A stretch of 58,866 bases of DNA from NCBI GenBank assembly GCA_947646115.1, contig CANSFH010000005.1, forward strand, positions 1-58,866, in the 5' to 3' direction. The notes beneath the pieces were generated by a model. It was not told where the DNA came from, did not search any database, and saw only the letters and a program-made list of their open reading frames with translations. Positions 1-9,559 of this stretch are shown here, piece after piece (the stretch's first letter is position 1; each line of letters starts with the position of its first letter). Made by a program: the position numbers and the translations under genes. The stretch is from an uncultured Mycoplasma sp. (GTDB taxonomy: Bacteria > Bacillota_I > Bacilli_A > RF39 > UBA660).

Positions 1-154
1 TTGCTCCATTTATATCACTTGTTATTCCTTCTACACTTGAACCATTTCCATTAAAAGTTGATACTCCTGTAAAGTAAGCATAGGATATACCACCAATAAG
101 TAAGAGTATTCCTACTAATATTAGTAACTTCTTTTTATTTTCATTATTTTTCAT
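1..154 (-). CDS. Secreted protein with SipW/TasA-type signal peptide (5' part only, runs off window)
   Basis: Own translation from ATG at 154: MKNNENKKKLLILVGILLLIGGISYAYFTGVSTFNGNG...; basic N-region, hydrophobic core and SYA|YF motif; GGAGG RBS inside the end of the upstream gene. Confidence 0.75.
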   Translation of the reverse strand, partial: MKNNENKKKLLILVGILLLIGGISYAYFTGVSTFNGNGSSVEGITSDINGA

Positions 155-155
155 A

Positions 156-1382
156 TTAGTTTCCTCCTACTACGACATATGGATCACTCATTGTTCCTAT
201 TCCTGTTAATTCTATATCTGAACGAAGGTTTATGACTGGACGGACACCATACGCGCTGGTCACGCTGTAGTCGTTGAAGTAGCCATCCGAACCCACCACG
301 AACACGTGAGCACTCCCGCCACTGCTAAAAATACACGGAGACAAAGTCCAATATATTTGACCATTATATAAGTAATAGCTTTGATTGTCTACTGAGTAAA
401 CTCCCCCTGCCATTGCTGCTTCATCTGCGGTTATTAGTCCTATTGGATATGTTAAACTCTTATTTCCTTTACTTGCTCTTGCTACTGTATAGAAGTCATC
501 TGTAGGACATGTTAAACTTGGTGATTTTGTACTATTTACTAATCTTATATATCCTCCATAATATGTAGTTGTTGTTACTGTTCCTACTGAATTATTGATT
601 GTACTTGAGCTTGTACTTGGTGTTCTATCTCCACAGAATCCTACATTCGTATCTATTTTATCTGCATAACTTGATAAATTTGTTGTATACCATGTATTTA
701 ATTGTTTTAATATCTTTGATTCTGTTCCTATTCCATGGACTTCTCCATTTGTATATTTAAATCCGACATACATATTGTCATCATAACTTGTATTAAATGC
801 ACTTGTTCCTATTTGTGCATCTGTTCCTGTTGATGTGGCACTTGTTCCTTGATAGATTAATCTTATTGATCCATCACCATTTATTCTTATTATTCGCCAA
901 TATTTATTAGCAAACTTAACATAGTTGTTTTCTACTGCTCCTCTATAGTAATATGAAGTTCCATCATCATCTTCTGCTTTAAACATTCCTTCATCTGTAT
1001 CTGCTATCTTACTAAAATCTGGTGTCCCTTCATTTACTTTGGAATTAGCTAGTATTTTATCCACTGAATTAGCTTTTCTAAAATATAAGTAGCAACTTGT
1101 ACTACTTTGTTCTAGACTTGATATTTTTAAAGTATTATCACTTATATTCCAACTTGGTTTAGCATTATTACTACATGCACTTTTACTCTCATTTAAAGTA
1201 TATCCACTTGTTGGTATTGTTTGTGCTTCCTCATATATTCCTTCTTCATTTTCTACAAATAATGCTAATTTATTATTATATTCTGTTATATCTTTATATT
1301 CTTCTTTTTCTTTAGGTTTTACTATTACTGTTAATCCTAATAACACTCCTACAATGGTTATTAAAGCTATTTTCTTCTTCAT
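156..1382 (-). CDS. Membrane-anchored surface protein with C-terminal CLec-like (DUF6273/FGE-like) domain; probable DGR target
   Basis: N-terminal TM; WRIIRINGDGSIRLIY, IGLITADE, YWTLSP...GVRPVINL motifs; GC-rich 3' segment. Confidence 0.75.
   Translation of the reverse strand: MKKKIALITIVGVLLGLTVIVKPKEKEEYKDITEYNNKLALFVENEEGIYEEAQTIPTSGYTLNESKSACSNNAKPSWNISDNTLKISSLEQSSTSCYLYFRKANSVDKILANSKVNEGTPDFSKIADTDEGMFKAEDDDGTSYYYRGAVENNYVKFANKYWRIIRINGDGSIRLIYQGTSATSTGTDAQIGTSAFNTSYDDNMYVGFKYTNGEVHGIGTESKILKQLNTWYTTNLSSYADKIDTNVGFCGDRTPSTSSSTINNSVGTVTTTTYYGGYIRLVNSTKSPSLTCPTDDFYTVARASKGNKSLTYPIGLITADEAAMAGGVYSVDNQSYYLYNGQIYWTLSPCIFSSGGSAHVFVVGSDGYFNDYSVTSAYGVRPVINLRSDIELTGIGTMSDPYVVVGGN
225..355 (-). 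other. Putative DGR variable region (VR)
   Basis: 57 G/C in 241-340 by hand count against an AT-rich background; run of NNC/NNT codons (tac ttc aac gac tac agc gtg acc agc) ending in GGTGTCCGTCCAGT. Confidence 0.7.
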
Positions 1383-1430
1383 CCTATCAATCCTTTACTT
1401 CCCTATTTTAATACTTTAATATTCTCTTTT

Positions 1431-1551
1431 CATTAGCTTCGACAAATCTTGTCAAAACTTCTCTTGCTTCTTCTATTATACTTTCTATGATATATTTCTA
1501 ATATACAATATTATTGATACATTTTCAACATGTTTTTCAATATTTCAGTCA
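1431..1551. promoter_or_regulatory. Conserved upstream block shared with 26785..26912; contains TTCGACA-N5-TGTCAAA
   Basis: Direct alignment of the two intergenic regions; TGTCGAA (minus strand) matches the Spo0A-box consensus TGNCGAA. Confidence 0.6.
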
Positions 1552-1602
1552 AAAGAATTCGGAATAAAAAATTTCTAATATAAAAAAATAAAGATTTTCT
1601 CT

Positions 1603-2220
1603 TTATTTATTTCTAGCAATACTAATTAGTTCATCATCCTGAAATTGTAATTCAATTATATTTATACCATCCCATGCTCCATCAATAATTGCATCTTCCC
1701 CATAATTTAAAATAAGTCTATTATCTAAATTGAATCCTTTAGTACAATAATTACTAAGCAAACTTGTAATAGCAACATTATGAGTAAAAACTGCTATAGT
1801 TTTATCTTTATCTTTTTGAATAACTTTATTTATAAAATGAAGCATTCTTTTTTTAACTTCATTAAGTGATTCTCCCCCATTAAGCTTATAATTAAAATCA
1901 TTCTCTTGCATTTCTGTTACCATACGAATTTTTTTATCGCCTAAATTTCCTAACACTCTTTCTCCTAAATCACTATCAATATTAATATCAAGTTCTAAAT
2001 CTTTTGCCAAATATTTCGCAGTCCCAATACTCATTACATAATTAGAAGTATAAATAGCTTGTACATGTTCTAAATAAGGAATATTTTTTAATTTTGCACT
2101 TTCCTTTTCTCCTTCAATACTAAGAATTCTTTTCTCTCTTTTGCTATCCAAAGATTCATGACTAGGAAAATTTAAATTATTCATTGTATAATTATTATTA
2201 ATCAAATATATAGTTGTCAT
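1603..2220 (-). CDS. Histidine phosphatase family protein, degenerate active site
   Basis: LSIEG, IYTS, DLGER, GGESL and VFTH motifs present; RHG replaced by INN. Confidence 0.75.
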   Translation of the reverse strand: MTTIYLINNNYTMNNLNFPSHESLDSKREKRILSIEGEKESAKLKNIPYLEHVQAIYTSNYVMSIGTAKYLAKDLELDINIDSDLGERVLGNLGDKKIRMVTEMQENDFNYKLNGGESLNEVKKRMLHFINKVIQKDKDKTIAVFTHNVAITSLLSNYCTKGFNLDNRLILNYGEDAIIDGAWDGINIIELQFQDDELISIARNK

Positions 2221-2735
2221 TTTAATATTCCTCCTAAAATACCATAAGAAAATATTAACATAATAATACCAGCCATAATAACACCAAGTATTGCCGCTAC
2301 AGTACTTTTTTTCTTATCCATCCCTAATAATGCTGCAATTAAGCATCCTGTCCAAGCACCTGTTCCTGGTAAAGGAATACCTACAAATAAAACTAAACCT
2401 ACATATTTAAGTTTTTCTATTTGCTCTTTTTTACTATTAGCCTTTTTTTCTAGTTTTAAAACTAAAGAACCTAATCTTTTACTTTTCTTTTTTAAATAAT
2501 CAAATATACCTGTTATAAACCATAAAATAAATGGAATAGGAATTATATTCCCTAAAAAACAAACTAAAAAACTAGGTAGCATTGGCGCATCCATTAAACT
2601 GGCCGCAATAAGTCCTCCTCTAAGCTCTAAAATTGGCAATAAAGAAATAATAAACATTACTAAATATTTGCCCCACCAAACACTTGCAATACCACCAAAA
2701 ATACCTATAAAAAATTTAGCTAATTTATCTGTCAT
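2217..2735 (-). CDS. Small multi-drug export family membrane protein (COG2426)
   Basis: LPILELRGG and FVGIPLPGTGAWTG motifs. Confidence 0.85.
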   Translation of the reverse strand: MTDKLAKFFIGIFGGIASVWWGKYLVMFIISLLPILELRGGLIAASLMDAPMLPSFLVCFLGNIIPIPFILWFITGIFDYLKKKSKRLGSLVLKLEKKANSKKEQIEKLKYVGLVLFVGIPLPGTGAWTGCLIAALLGMDKKKSTVAAILGVIMAGIIMLIFSYGILGGILK

Positions 2736-2792
2736 TATATCTACCTCAAATTAATTATAAATTAAAAGTTTTTAGATAGCAAGAATATTAAC

Positions 2793-3494
2793 TTAATTTC
2801 TAGAAATATTAGGAGTTAATCTTTGATAAAATAACTTAAATTTTTCTACATCTAAAATTTCACTAACATTGCTATTTAAACTTTGAGTTAATAAATATCT
2901 ATCTAAATCATTTTCTCTATATCCTAAACTCATAATAGCCATTCTAAATTGATCTACTAAATTTTTATTCTCTTTCTTAAATAAATATACTTTACCTAAA
3001 TTTGTAATATTAAAATCAAACTCTTCCTCTTCACTTGTTTCTTTAGTTAATAACCCTTGACTTAATAAATCAAAAATTATACTTTGTTCTAAAGGATTAA
3101 ATGCTTCAATATCACATGTTCCACTAATACCTGCCATATAATTAACTTTTTTTAATACGAACCAATATAAATCAATATTATTAAAATATTCTTTCACAAC
3201 TTTATTCATCATAAGTTCTAATTTACGTCTTAAAGTTATAACTCCATAAGCTTTAGAGCCCACTTTTGTATCTAATGTATAATTAGGATATAAAGCCGTT
3301 ACTCCATAATCAATTTGCATATATTTATATATTTCTGATTTTCTATTTCCCATTCCTATATACTCTATATCACTATGATTTCTTATACTATCTAAAATAA
3401 TAACCATATCAATATTATCTAGCCAACCAAATTTCAATAAAGCTCCTGCATATAGTTGCTCTGAATTAATTGTTTTATTTTTTGCTTCACTCAT
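2793..3494 (-). CDS. Hypothetical protein
   Basis: Long ORF; AGGTGA RBS before ATG at 3494; possible winged-helix segment (LLSQGLL...ITNLG). Confidence 0.6.
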   Translation of the reverse strand: MSEAKNKTINSEQLYAGALLKFGWLDNIDMVIILDSIRNHSDIEYIGMGNRKSEIYKYMQIDYGVTALYPNYTLDTKVGSKAYGVITLRRKLELMMNKVVKEYFNNIDLYWFVLKKVNYMAGISGTCDIEAFNPLEQSIIFDLLSQGLLTKETSEEEEFDFNITNLGKVYLFKKENKNLVDQFRMAIMSLGYRENDLDRYLLTQSLNSNVSEILDVEKFKLFYQRLTPNISRN

Positions 3495-3578
3495 AATAAA
3501 TTCACCTACTATCATTATTATCTTAATTTATTTACTTATTTTACATTTTATCTTATAATTATTTTTAGGAGTGATTTT

Positions 3579-4088
3579 ATGTTAAATATAGTTTTATTTG
3601 AACCTGAAATTCCTGGAAATACAGGAAATATTATGCGTACTTGTGTCGCAACTAACACTATTCTACACTTAATTAAACCTTTAGGATTTTCTTTAGACGA
3701 AAAATACATTAAAAGAAGTGGTGTTAATTATATTGATAAATGTAAATATGTTATATATGAAAATATTACAGAATTCTTTCAAAAAAATCCTGGCTCATAT
3801 TTCTTTTTTACTCGCTATGGCCACAAACCTCACAGTAACCCTAATTACAAAGATATAAAAGAAGATATTTATCTTATCTTTGGTAAAGAATCAACTGGTA
3901 TTCCCCGTGAAATCTTAAAACCATATATAGATAATTGCTATCGCATCCCCATGACTGACAATGTAAGAGCTTTAAATCTCTCTAATAGTGTAGCTATCTG
4001 TATATATGAAGTTTTAAGACAAAGAAATTACGAAGGTCTTTTATTAGATGAACCTCATAAAAGTAAAACATTTATCGAAGAAGCCTAA
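3579..4088 (+). CDS. trmL: tRNA (cytidine(34)-2'-O)-methyltransferase
   Basis: IVLFEPEIPGNTGNI, FGKESTG, RALNLSNS SPOUT motifs. Confidence 0.95.
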   Translation: MLNIVLFEPEIPGNTGNIMRTCVATNTILHLIKPLGFSLDEKYIKRSGVNYIDKCKYVIYENITEFFQKNPGSYFFFTRYGHKPHSNPNYKDIKEDIYLIFGKESTGIPREILKPYIDNCYRIPMTDNVRALNLSNSVAICIYEVLRQRNYEGLLLDEPHKSKTFIEEA

Positions 4089-4111
4089 ACTGGAAAAAAT
4101 TCCAGTTTTTT
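4087..4111. terminator. Bidirectional intrinsic terminator
   Basis: AAACTGGAA-AAAA-TTCCAGTTT hairpin followed by a T-run, between convergent ORFs. Confidence 0.7.
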
Positions 4112-4112
4112 A

Positions 4113-4250
4113 TTAACTAAAAAATTTAACATAAACAGCCATAATACAAACAAATAATAATATAGCAAGTAGTACAATTATTATACCATTATTACGATTA
4201 TTAACTTTTTTTAATTCAATTAATTCCTCATTTAAATTTTTATATTCCAT
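4113..4250 (-). CDS. Small single-pass membrane protein (45 aa), not in ORF track
   Basis: GAGGTGA RBS; MEYKNLNEELIELKKVNNRNNGIIIVLLAILLFVCIMAVYVKFFS*. Confidence 0.6.
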   Translation of the reverse strand: MEYKNLNEELIELKKVNNRNNGIIIVLLAILLFVCIMAVYVKFFS

Positions 4251-4535
4251 AGAATTTCACCTCTATTATTAGTATATCTTATAACCAAACTTTTATATAT
4301 ATTTATTTTTAAAACAATTGTAAAGTAATGTCAAAAAAATACATTAAATTAACATTTACATTATTTAATATATACTTTTATAATTATTAACACTTACCAA
4401 AGTATAATAATTTTTTAAGATAATTAACCATCTAAATATTGCAAAATAATATTTAGGATAGACAAAACTCTAAAATAATAGTATAATTAATTCCAGTTAT
4501 CAACTTTATTTTTATAACAAGAGAGGAAGATTTTA

Positions 4536-6209
4536 ATGAATAATAATAATGAGACTACGTCCATTGTTGCTTTAGGTGGTTTAGGCGAAGTCGGAAAAAA
4601 CATGTATGTTGTAACTCATAATAATGAGATTTTAATTATTGATGCAGGTGTTATGTTTCCAGAAGATGACTTACTTGGAATTGATTACGTTATACAGGAT
4701 GTTACATATCTTAAACAAAATGAAGATAAAATTAAAGGATTAATAATAACTCATGGTCACGAAGATCATATTGGTGGTATATCTTTTCTTCTAAATAGTG
4801 TAAATATACCTAAAATTTATACATCTAAAATAGCTGCGGATCTAATAATCAAAAAGCTTAATGATCGTAATGTTAATTATGATAACCTTGAAATTGTAAC
4901 CGAAGAAACAGTTATTAAAACAAAATATTTCACTGTCGAATTTGTTGGCACTACTCACTCTATTCCTGGATCTTATGCCATTGCTATTCACACTCCCAAC
5001 GGCACAATTTTTGAAACTGGAGATTTTAAATTTGATTTAACACCAATTGGTCCTGTTGCCAATATTCATAAAATGGCTAAAATTGGTAGTAAAGGTGTTA
5101 CTCTTCTCCTTAGTGATTCAACTAACGCTTTATCACCAGGTTTTTCTAAAAGTGAATCAAGTGTTGATGAAGCCTTAAATGATATAGTATCTCGTCACTA
5201 TGGCCGTGTAATTATAGCGACATTTGCATCTAATATTTATCGTATCAAACATATTGTTGAAACTTGTCGTAAAAATAATCGTAAAATAATTATTTTTGGT
5301 CGCTCTATGGAAACTAGTATTGAACTTGCCGTAAATAATGGCTTAATTGAAGATAAATCTATTTTTATTGATAATAATGGGGCAAAAAATTTAAAGAAAA
5401 ATGAAATATGTATCTTATGTACAGGAACTCAAGGAGAACCCCTTGCAGCCCTATCCCGAATTGCTAATGGCATTCATAAACAAATAACTCTTATGCCAGA
5501 TGATTTAGTCGTATTTTCATCATCACCTATTCCTGGAAATGCCGCTAGTATCAATAAAATAATTAATAAATTATATTTAAAAGGTGTTAAAGTTTATACT
5601 AATAAAACTTTTAATGATGTTCATACTTCAGGTCATGCTAAAGAAGAAGAATTAAAATGGATGCTTCGAATTATTAATCCAAAATATTTTATGCCCATGC
5701 ATGGTGAATACCGCATGTTAAAACAACATGGGGACATTGCTGAATCTTGTGGTATACCTAAAGAAAATATCTTTATTTGTAAAAATGGGGATGTAATAAA
5801 CTTAAATAAAGGTGTTGTCACTCGTGGCGAAACTGTTAAAAACGGGGATGTTTATGTCGATGGTTCACGAATTGGTGATATTGGTTCCCAAGTTATCAAA
5901 GATCGAAAATTAATGAGCAATGATGGTATATTAGTAACAATACTAAATATTAACACATTAACTAGAAGACTATTAATAAAACCTAATGTTACTACTAGAG
6001 GCTTTATAATGGTTAATGAAAACCCTGAATTAATAAACAAAATCGAAAGAAAAATTACTGATATTGTAAACAAATTTTTAAGTACTTCAACATATAACTA
6101 CACTGATCTAAAAAATCAAATCATTTTAGAATTATATCCATATATAAATGAACTTACAGGTCGTAGACCAATAATCTTACCTGTAATTATGGAAGTAAAT
6201 CAAGCCTAG
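4536..6209 (+). CDS. rnj: Ribonuclease J
   Basis: ALGGLGEVGKN, THGHEDHIG, HTSGH, PMHGE motifs. Confidence 0.97.
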   Translation: MNNNNETTSIVALGGLGEVGKNMYVVTHNNEILIIDAGVMFPEDDLLGIDYVIQDVTYLKQNEDKIKGLIITHGHEDHIGGISFLLNSVNIPKIYTSKIAADLIIKKLNDRNVNYDNLEIVTEETVIKTKYFTVEFVGTTHSIPGSYAIAIHTPNGTIFETGDFKFDLTPIGPVANIHKMAKIGSKGVTLLLSDSTNALSPGFSKSESSVDEALNDIVSRHYGRVIIATFASNIYRIKHIVETCRKNNRKIIIFGRSMETSIELAVNNGLIEDKSIFIDNNGAKNLKKNEICILCTGTQGEPLAALSRIANGIHKQITLMPDDLVVFSSSPIPGNAASINKIINKLYLKGVKVYTNKTFNDVHTSGHAKEEELKWMLRIINPKYFMPMHGEYRMLKQHGDIAESCGIPKENIFICKNGDVINLNKGVVTRGETVKNGDVYVDGSRIGDIGSQVIKDRKLMSNDGILVTILNINTLTRRLLIKPNVTTRGFIMVNENPELINKIERKITDIVNKFLSTSTYNYTDLKNQIILELYPYINELTGRRPIILPVIMEVNQA

Positions 6210-6232
6210 AATTTTAATTTCTAGGCTTTTTT
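6202..6232. terminator. Bidirectional intrinsic terminator
   Basis: AAGCCTAGAA...TTCTAGGCTT hairpin plus T-run, overlapping both convergent stop codons. Confidence 0.7.
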
Positions 6233-7099
6233 AGAACTAATAAAAGGTTCTCTTAAAATACCATTTAAAGTTCTCTCTATAAAACTCACTTCAACTTTTT
6301 CTAAAGGAACAATATATTCTGCTTTTTCCTTATGATTTACAAAAACATTTTCACATTTTTTTAATTTAAGCAATTTTTTCAATAAAAGATTATTGGGCAT
6401 AATACTTACTTTACCAATAAAATATAATTTCTTATTTCGATATTCCCCTAAAAGCAAACTATACTTTTCTTTATTAAAAATAATTCCATGAATAAAAAAT
6501 TTTCCTTTCTTAAAATTTTTTATTTTAATCCAACTACTAACTCTTTTATTGGGAATATATAAACTATGTTTATCTTTTGCCACAATCCCTTCTAAATCTA
6601 ACTCTTTAATCTTTTTAAATAACTCTATCCCATTATTAAATATTTTAGATTTTACAAAATAATTAGTATCTTTATATTTTTCTAAAATAGCTTTTCTTTT
6701 TACAAGCTCTTCATTAATCAATTCTTTATCTTGATATAAAATATCAAAAACTATAAAAGTTACAGGTGAATCATTAGCAATACTTTTAATTTTATTCTTA
6801 TCCTTTAAATGACTTCTAGCTTGTAGCTTACTAAATGATGGTTTACCATTTTCCATCGCCACGATTTCTCCATCAAATATTACTTTTTTATTACCAACTA
6901 ACTTTTTTATATTCTCTAACTCTGGATATAAATTTGTAACATCGATATTATTCCTACTTCTTATTTCAAATTCATTTTTACTAACATATATAATAACTCT
7001 ATAACCATCATATTTTAACTCATATAAATAATTATTATCATTAAAAGGCTTTTTTATTTCCCTTAAAAGCATAGGTTTAATATTTTTATTATTAAACAT
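6221..7099 (-). CDS. ligD: ATP-dependent DNA ligase (LigD ligase domain)
   Basis: ELKYDGYR, FDGEIV, FDIL, EGIVAK, WIKIK motifs; overlaps the ku gene. Confidence 0.85.
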   Translation of the reverse strand: MFNNKNIKPMLLREIKKPFNDNNYLYELKYDGYRVIIYVSKNEFEIRSRNNIDVTNLYPELENIKKLVGNKKVIFDGEIVAMENGKPSFSKLQARSHLKDKNKIKSIANDSPVTFIVFDILYQDKELINEELVKRKAILEKYKDTNYFVKSKIFNNGIELFKKIKELDLEGIVAKDKHSLYIPNKRVSSWIKIKNFKKGKFFIHGIIFNKEKYSLLLGEYRNKKLYFIGKVSIMPNNLLLKKLLKLKKCENVFVNHKEKAEYIVPLEKVEVSFIERTLNGILREPFISSKKA

Positions 7100-7832
7100 T
7101 TTTTAAACTCATTTCCAAAGCGGTCATTAAATCCTTAATACTTTTCTCACTCTTTTTCTTAGGCTTTTTAATTGTTTTACCATCTATTTTCATATCAATA
7201 GCTTTTTTAATTTTAGTCTGATATTCATCAATTAATTCTTCAGGCTCAAATTTCATCTTTAAAGAATCAATTAACTGAGTCGCTAAATCAAGTTCCTTTT
7301 TTGTATATTTAGCTTCTACAACTGCCTCGGGCATAATAACTTCTTCTTCAAAATAAATAGTATTCATAACCATAATGCCCCTACTTAATCTTAAAACTAC
7401 ATAATAAAATTTAGTTCCAATAACAGTTTTAGCTAAAGCAACCTTCTTTGTTTTTTCTAATGCATCTTTAAACAAACTATAAGCTTTACTCTTATTATTA
7501 ACGCTCACAGCATAACTTTTTTCAAAGTATACAGGATCTATTTCTTTTAAATCAATAAATCCTACTATTTCAATAATTTTTTCATCTTCACTTTTTAAAT
7601 TATCAAATTCCTCATCATTAATTGTTATATATTTATCTTTTTCATACTCATATCCTCTAATTATATCCCCTTGTTTAACCTCTTTTTTACAACGACTACA
7701 ATATTTTACATATTTAATTCTTGATCCACACTTTTTATGTAATTGATTAAAAGAAATATCATTATTTTTAATAATAGGATTAATTACTACAGGAATATTA
7801 ACAAGTCCAAAAGAAATAGATGTTTTTTTCAT
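7092..7832 (-). CDS. ku: Non-homologous end joining protein Ku
   Basis: SISFGLVNIPV, ISFNQLH, IRGYEY, DLMTALEMS motifs. Confidence 0.93.
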   Translation of the reverse strand: MKKTSISFGLVNIPVVINPIIKNNDISFNQLHKKCGSRIKYVKYCSRCKKEVKQGDIIRGYEYEKDKYITINDEEFDNLKSEDEKIIEIVGFIDLKEIDPVYFEKSYAVSVNNKSKAYSLFKDALEKTKKVALAKTVIGTKFYYVVLRLSRGIMVMNTIYFEEEVIMPEAVVEAKYTKKELDLATQLIDSLKMKFEPEELIDEYQTKIKKAIDMKIDGKTIKKPKKKSEKSIKDLMTALEMSLKNV

Positions 7833-7887
7833 ATTTTTCACCATTATTAGCTTAAGTAAAAAATTAATAAATATACAAAAAAGAAGC

Positions 7888-9441
7888 TTATCTCGCTTCT
7901 TCCATTGCTCTTGTTTCTCTAATTACATTAATTTTTATAGTACCAGGATATTGCATCTCTGATTCTATTCTATCCTTTATATCACGAGCCATTTTATAAC
8001 TTTTAGCATCATCAACCTCATCTGGTTTAACAATTACTCTTATTTCTCTACCTGCTTGCATTGCAAATGTTTTTTCAACACCTTCAAATGAATTACCAAT
8101 TTCTTCCAGTTGACTTAAACGTTTCATGTAGTTATCCATAGTATCATTTCTAGCTCCAGGACGCGCTGCGGATAATGTATCTGCTATTTCTACTAATACT
8201 GATATTATATTATCAGAACTTTTGTCACCATGATGTGATTCTATCGCATTAATTACTACTTTATCTTCATGATATTTACGTGCTAAATCAGCTCCAATTT
8301 CTACATGACTTCCTTCAATTTCAAAGTCAATAGATTTACCAATATCATGTAATAACCCAGCTCTTTTAGCAAGAGTTACATTTTCTCCAACTTCACTTGC
8401 CATTAATCCTGTTAAATTAGCAACTTCAATTGAATGTTGTAACGCATTTTGACCATAACTAGAGCGATATTTAAGTTTACCTATTAAATTAATTAATTCT
8501 GGTTCCATTTTATTAATACCTAAATCATAAATAGTTTGTGTTCCAATCTCCATAATTTTAGTATTAATATCACGTGATACTTTATCATATATCTCTTCAA
8601 TTCTCGCCGGATGAATTCTACCATCTTTAATTAATGTTTCTATAGTTACTTTAGCAATTTCTCTTCTAAGTGGATCAAATGAAGAAATAACTATAGCTTC
8701 TGGAGTATCATCAATTATTAAATCAACTCCTGTAACTGATTCAATAGTTCTAATGTTTCTTCCTTCTCTACCAATAAGTCTACCTTTCATTTCATCATTA
8801 GGCAAATCTATCGTACTTACAGTTTGCAAATTAGCTACATCTTCACTATAACGTTCCATACTAGAAACTATTATATGTTTTGCTTTTTCATGAGCCTCTA
8901 GTTTAGCAATTCTTTCTTGTTCTTTGATATAGTCTACAATTTCTCTCGACATATCATTCTCTACTCGTTTCATAATTAAATCATGAGCTTTTTCTTTTGA
9001 AAAATTAGCAATTTGTTCTAATTTCTCTAATTCTTCTTTCAATAGTTCATCCATTTTAAGCTCTTTTTCTTGCATTTCTTTTTGTTTCGCTAATAAATTA
9101 TTTTCTTTGTCATCTAAATTCAAATCTCTTTTTTGAAGCATTTCTTCTCTTTTATCAAGTGATGACTCCCTTTGTAAAAGTCTACTCTCACTATCTTTTA
9201 TTTCAGCTTTCTTTTCTTTAATCTCTTTTTCAACTTCTTGTTTTAGACGATAAGATTCTTCTTTAATTTCCATTAAAGTATCTCTTTTATGTTTATCTGC
9301 TTCTTTTTTTGCATCTTCAATTAATTTATTAGCTTTATCTTCATTACGATTATGTCTAATAGCTATAAAAATAGCTACACATAAAAACCCTACAAAAAAT
9401 CCAATCACAAGAGTTAAAATGGACATCAAATTAAATTCCAT
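7888..9441 (-). CDS. rny: Ribonuclease Y
   Basis: N-terminal TM, coiled coil, KH (MKGRLIGREGRNIR) and HD (LLHDIGK) domains. Confidence 0.97.
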   Translation of the reverse strand: MEFNLMSILTLVIGFFVGFLCVAIFIAIRHNRNEDKANKLIEDAKKEADKHKRDTLMEIKEESYRLKQEVEKEIKEKKAEIKDSESRLLQRESSLDKREEMLQKRDLNLDDKENNLLAKQKEMQEKELKMDELLKEELEKLEQIANFSKEKAHDLIMKRVENDMSREIVDYIKEQERIAKLEAHEKAKHIIVSSMERYSEDVANLQTVSTIDLPNDEMKGRLIGREGRNIRTIESVTGVDLIIDDTPEAIVISSFDPLRREIAKVTIETLIKDGRIHPARIEEIYDKVSRDINTKIMEIGTQTIYDLGINKMEPELINLIGKLKYRSSYGQNALQHSIEVANLTGLMASEVGENVTLAKRAGLLHDIGKSIDFEIEGSHVEIGADLARKYHEDKVVINAIESHHGDKSSDNIISVLVEIADTLSAARPGARNDTMDNYMKRLSQLEEIGNSFEGVEKTFAMQAGREIRVIVKPDEVDDAKSYKMARDIKDRIESEMQYPGTIKINVIRETRAMEEAR

Positions 9442-9520
9442 TTTAAAATCTCCTTACATATTATTATAGATTAACTATCTATATACTATATTATAAAGGT
9501 TATTGTCATATTAAGCAAGA

Positions 9521-9553
9521 AAAAAATGAACATTTCTTTTTTTGTTCATTTTT
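9521..9553 (-). terminator. recA terminator
   Basis: AAAAATGAACA...TGTTCATTTTT inverted repeat just after the recA stop. Confidence 0.65.
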
Positions 9554-9559
9554 AATACT

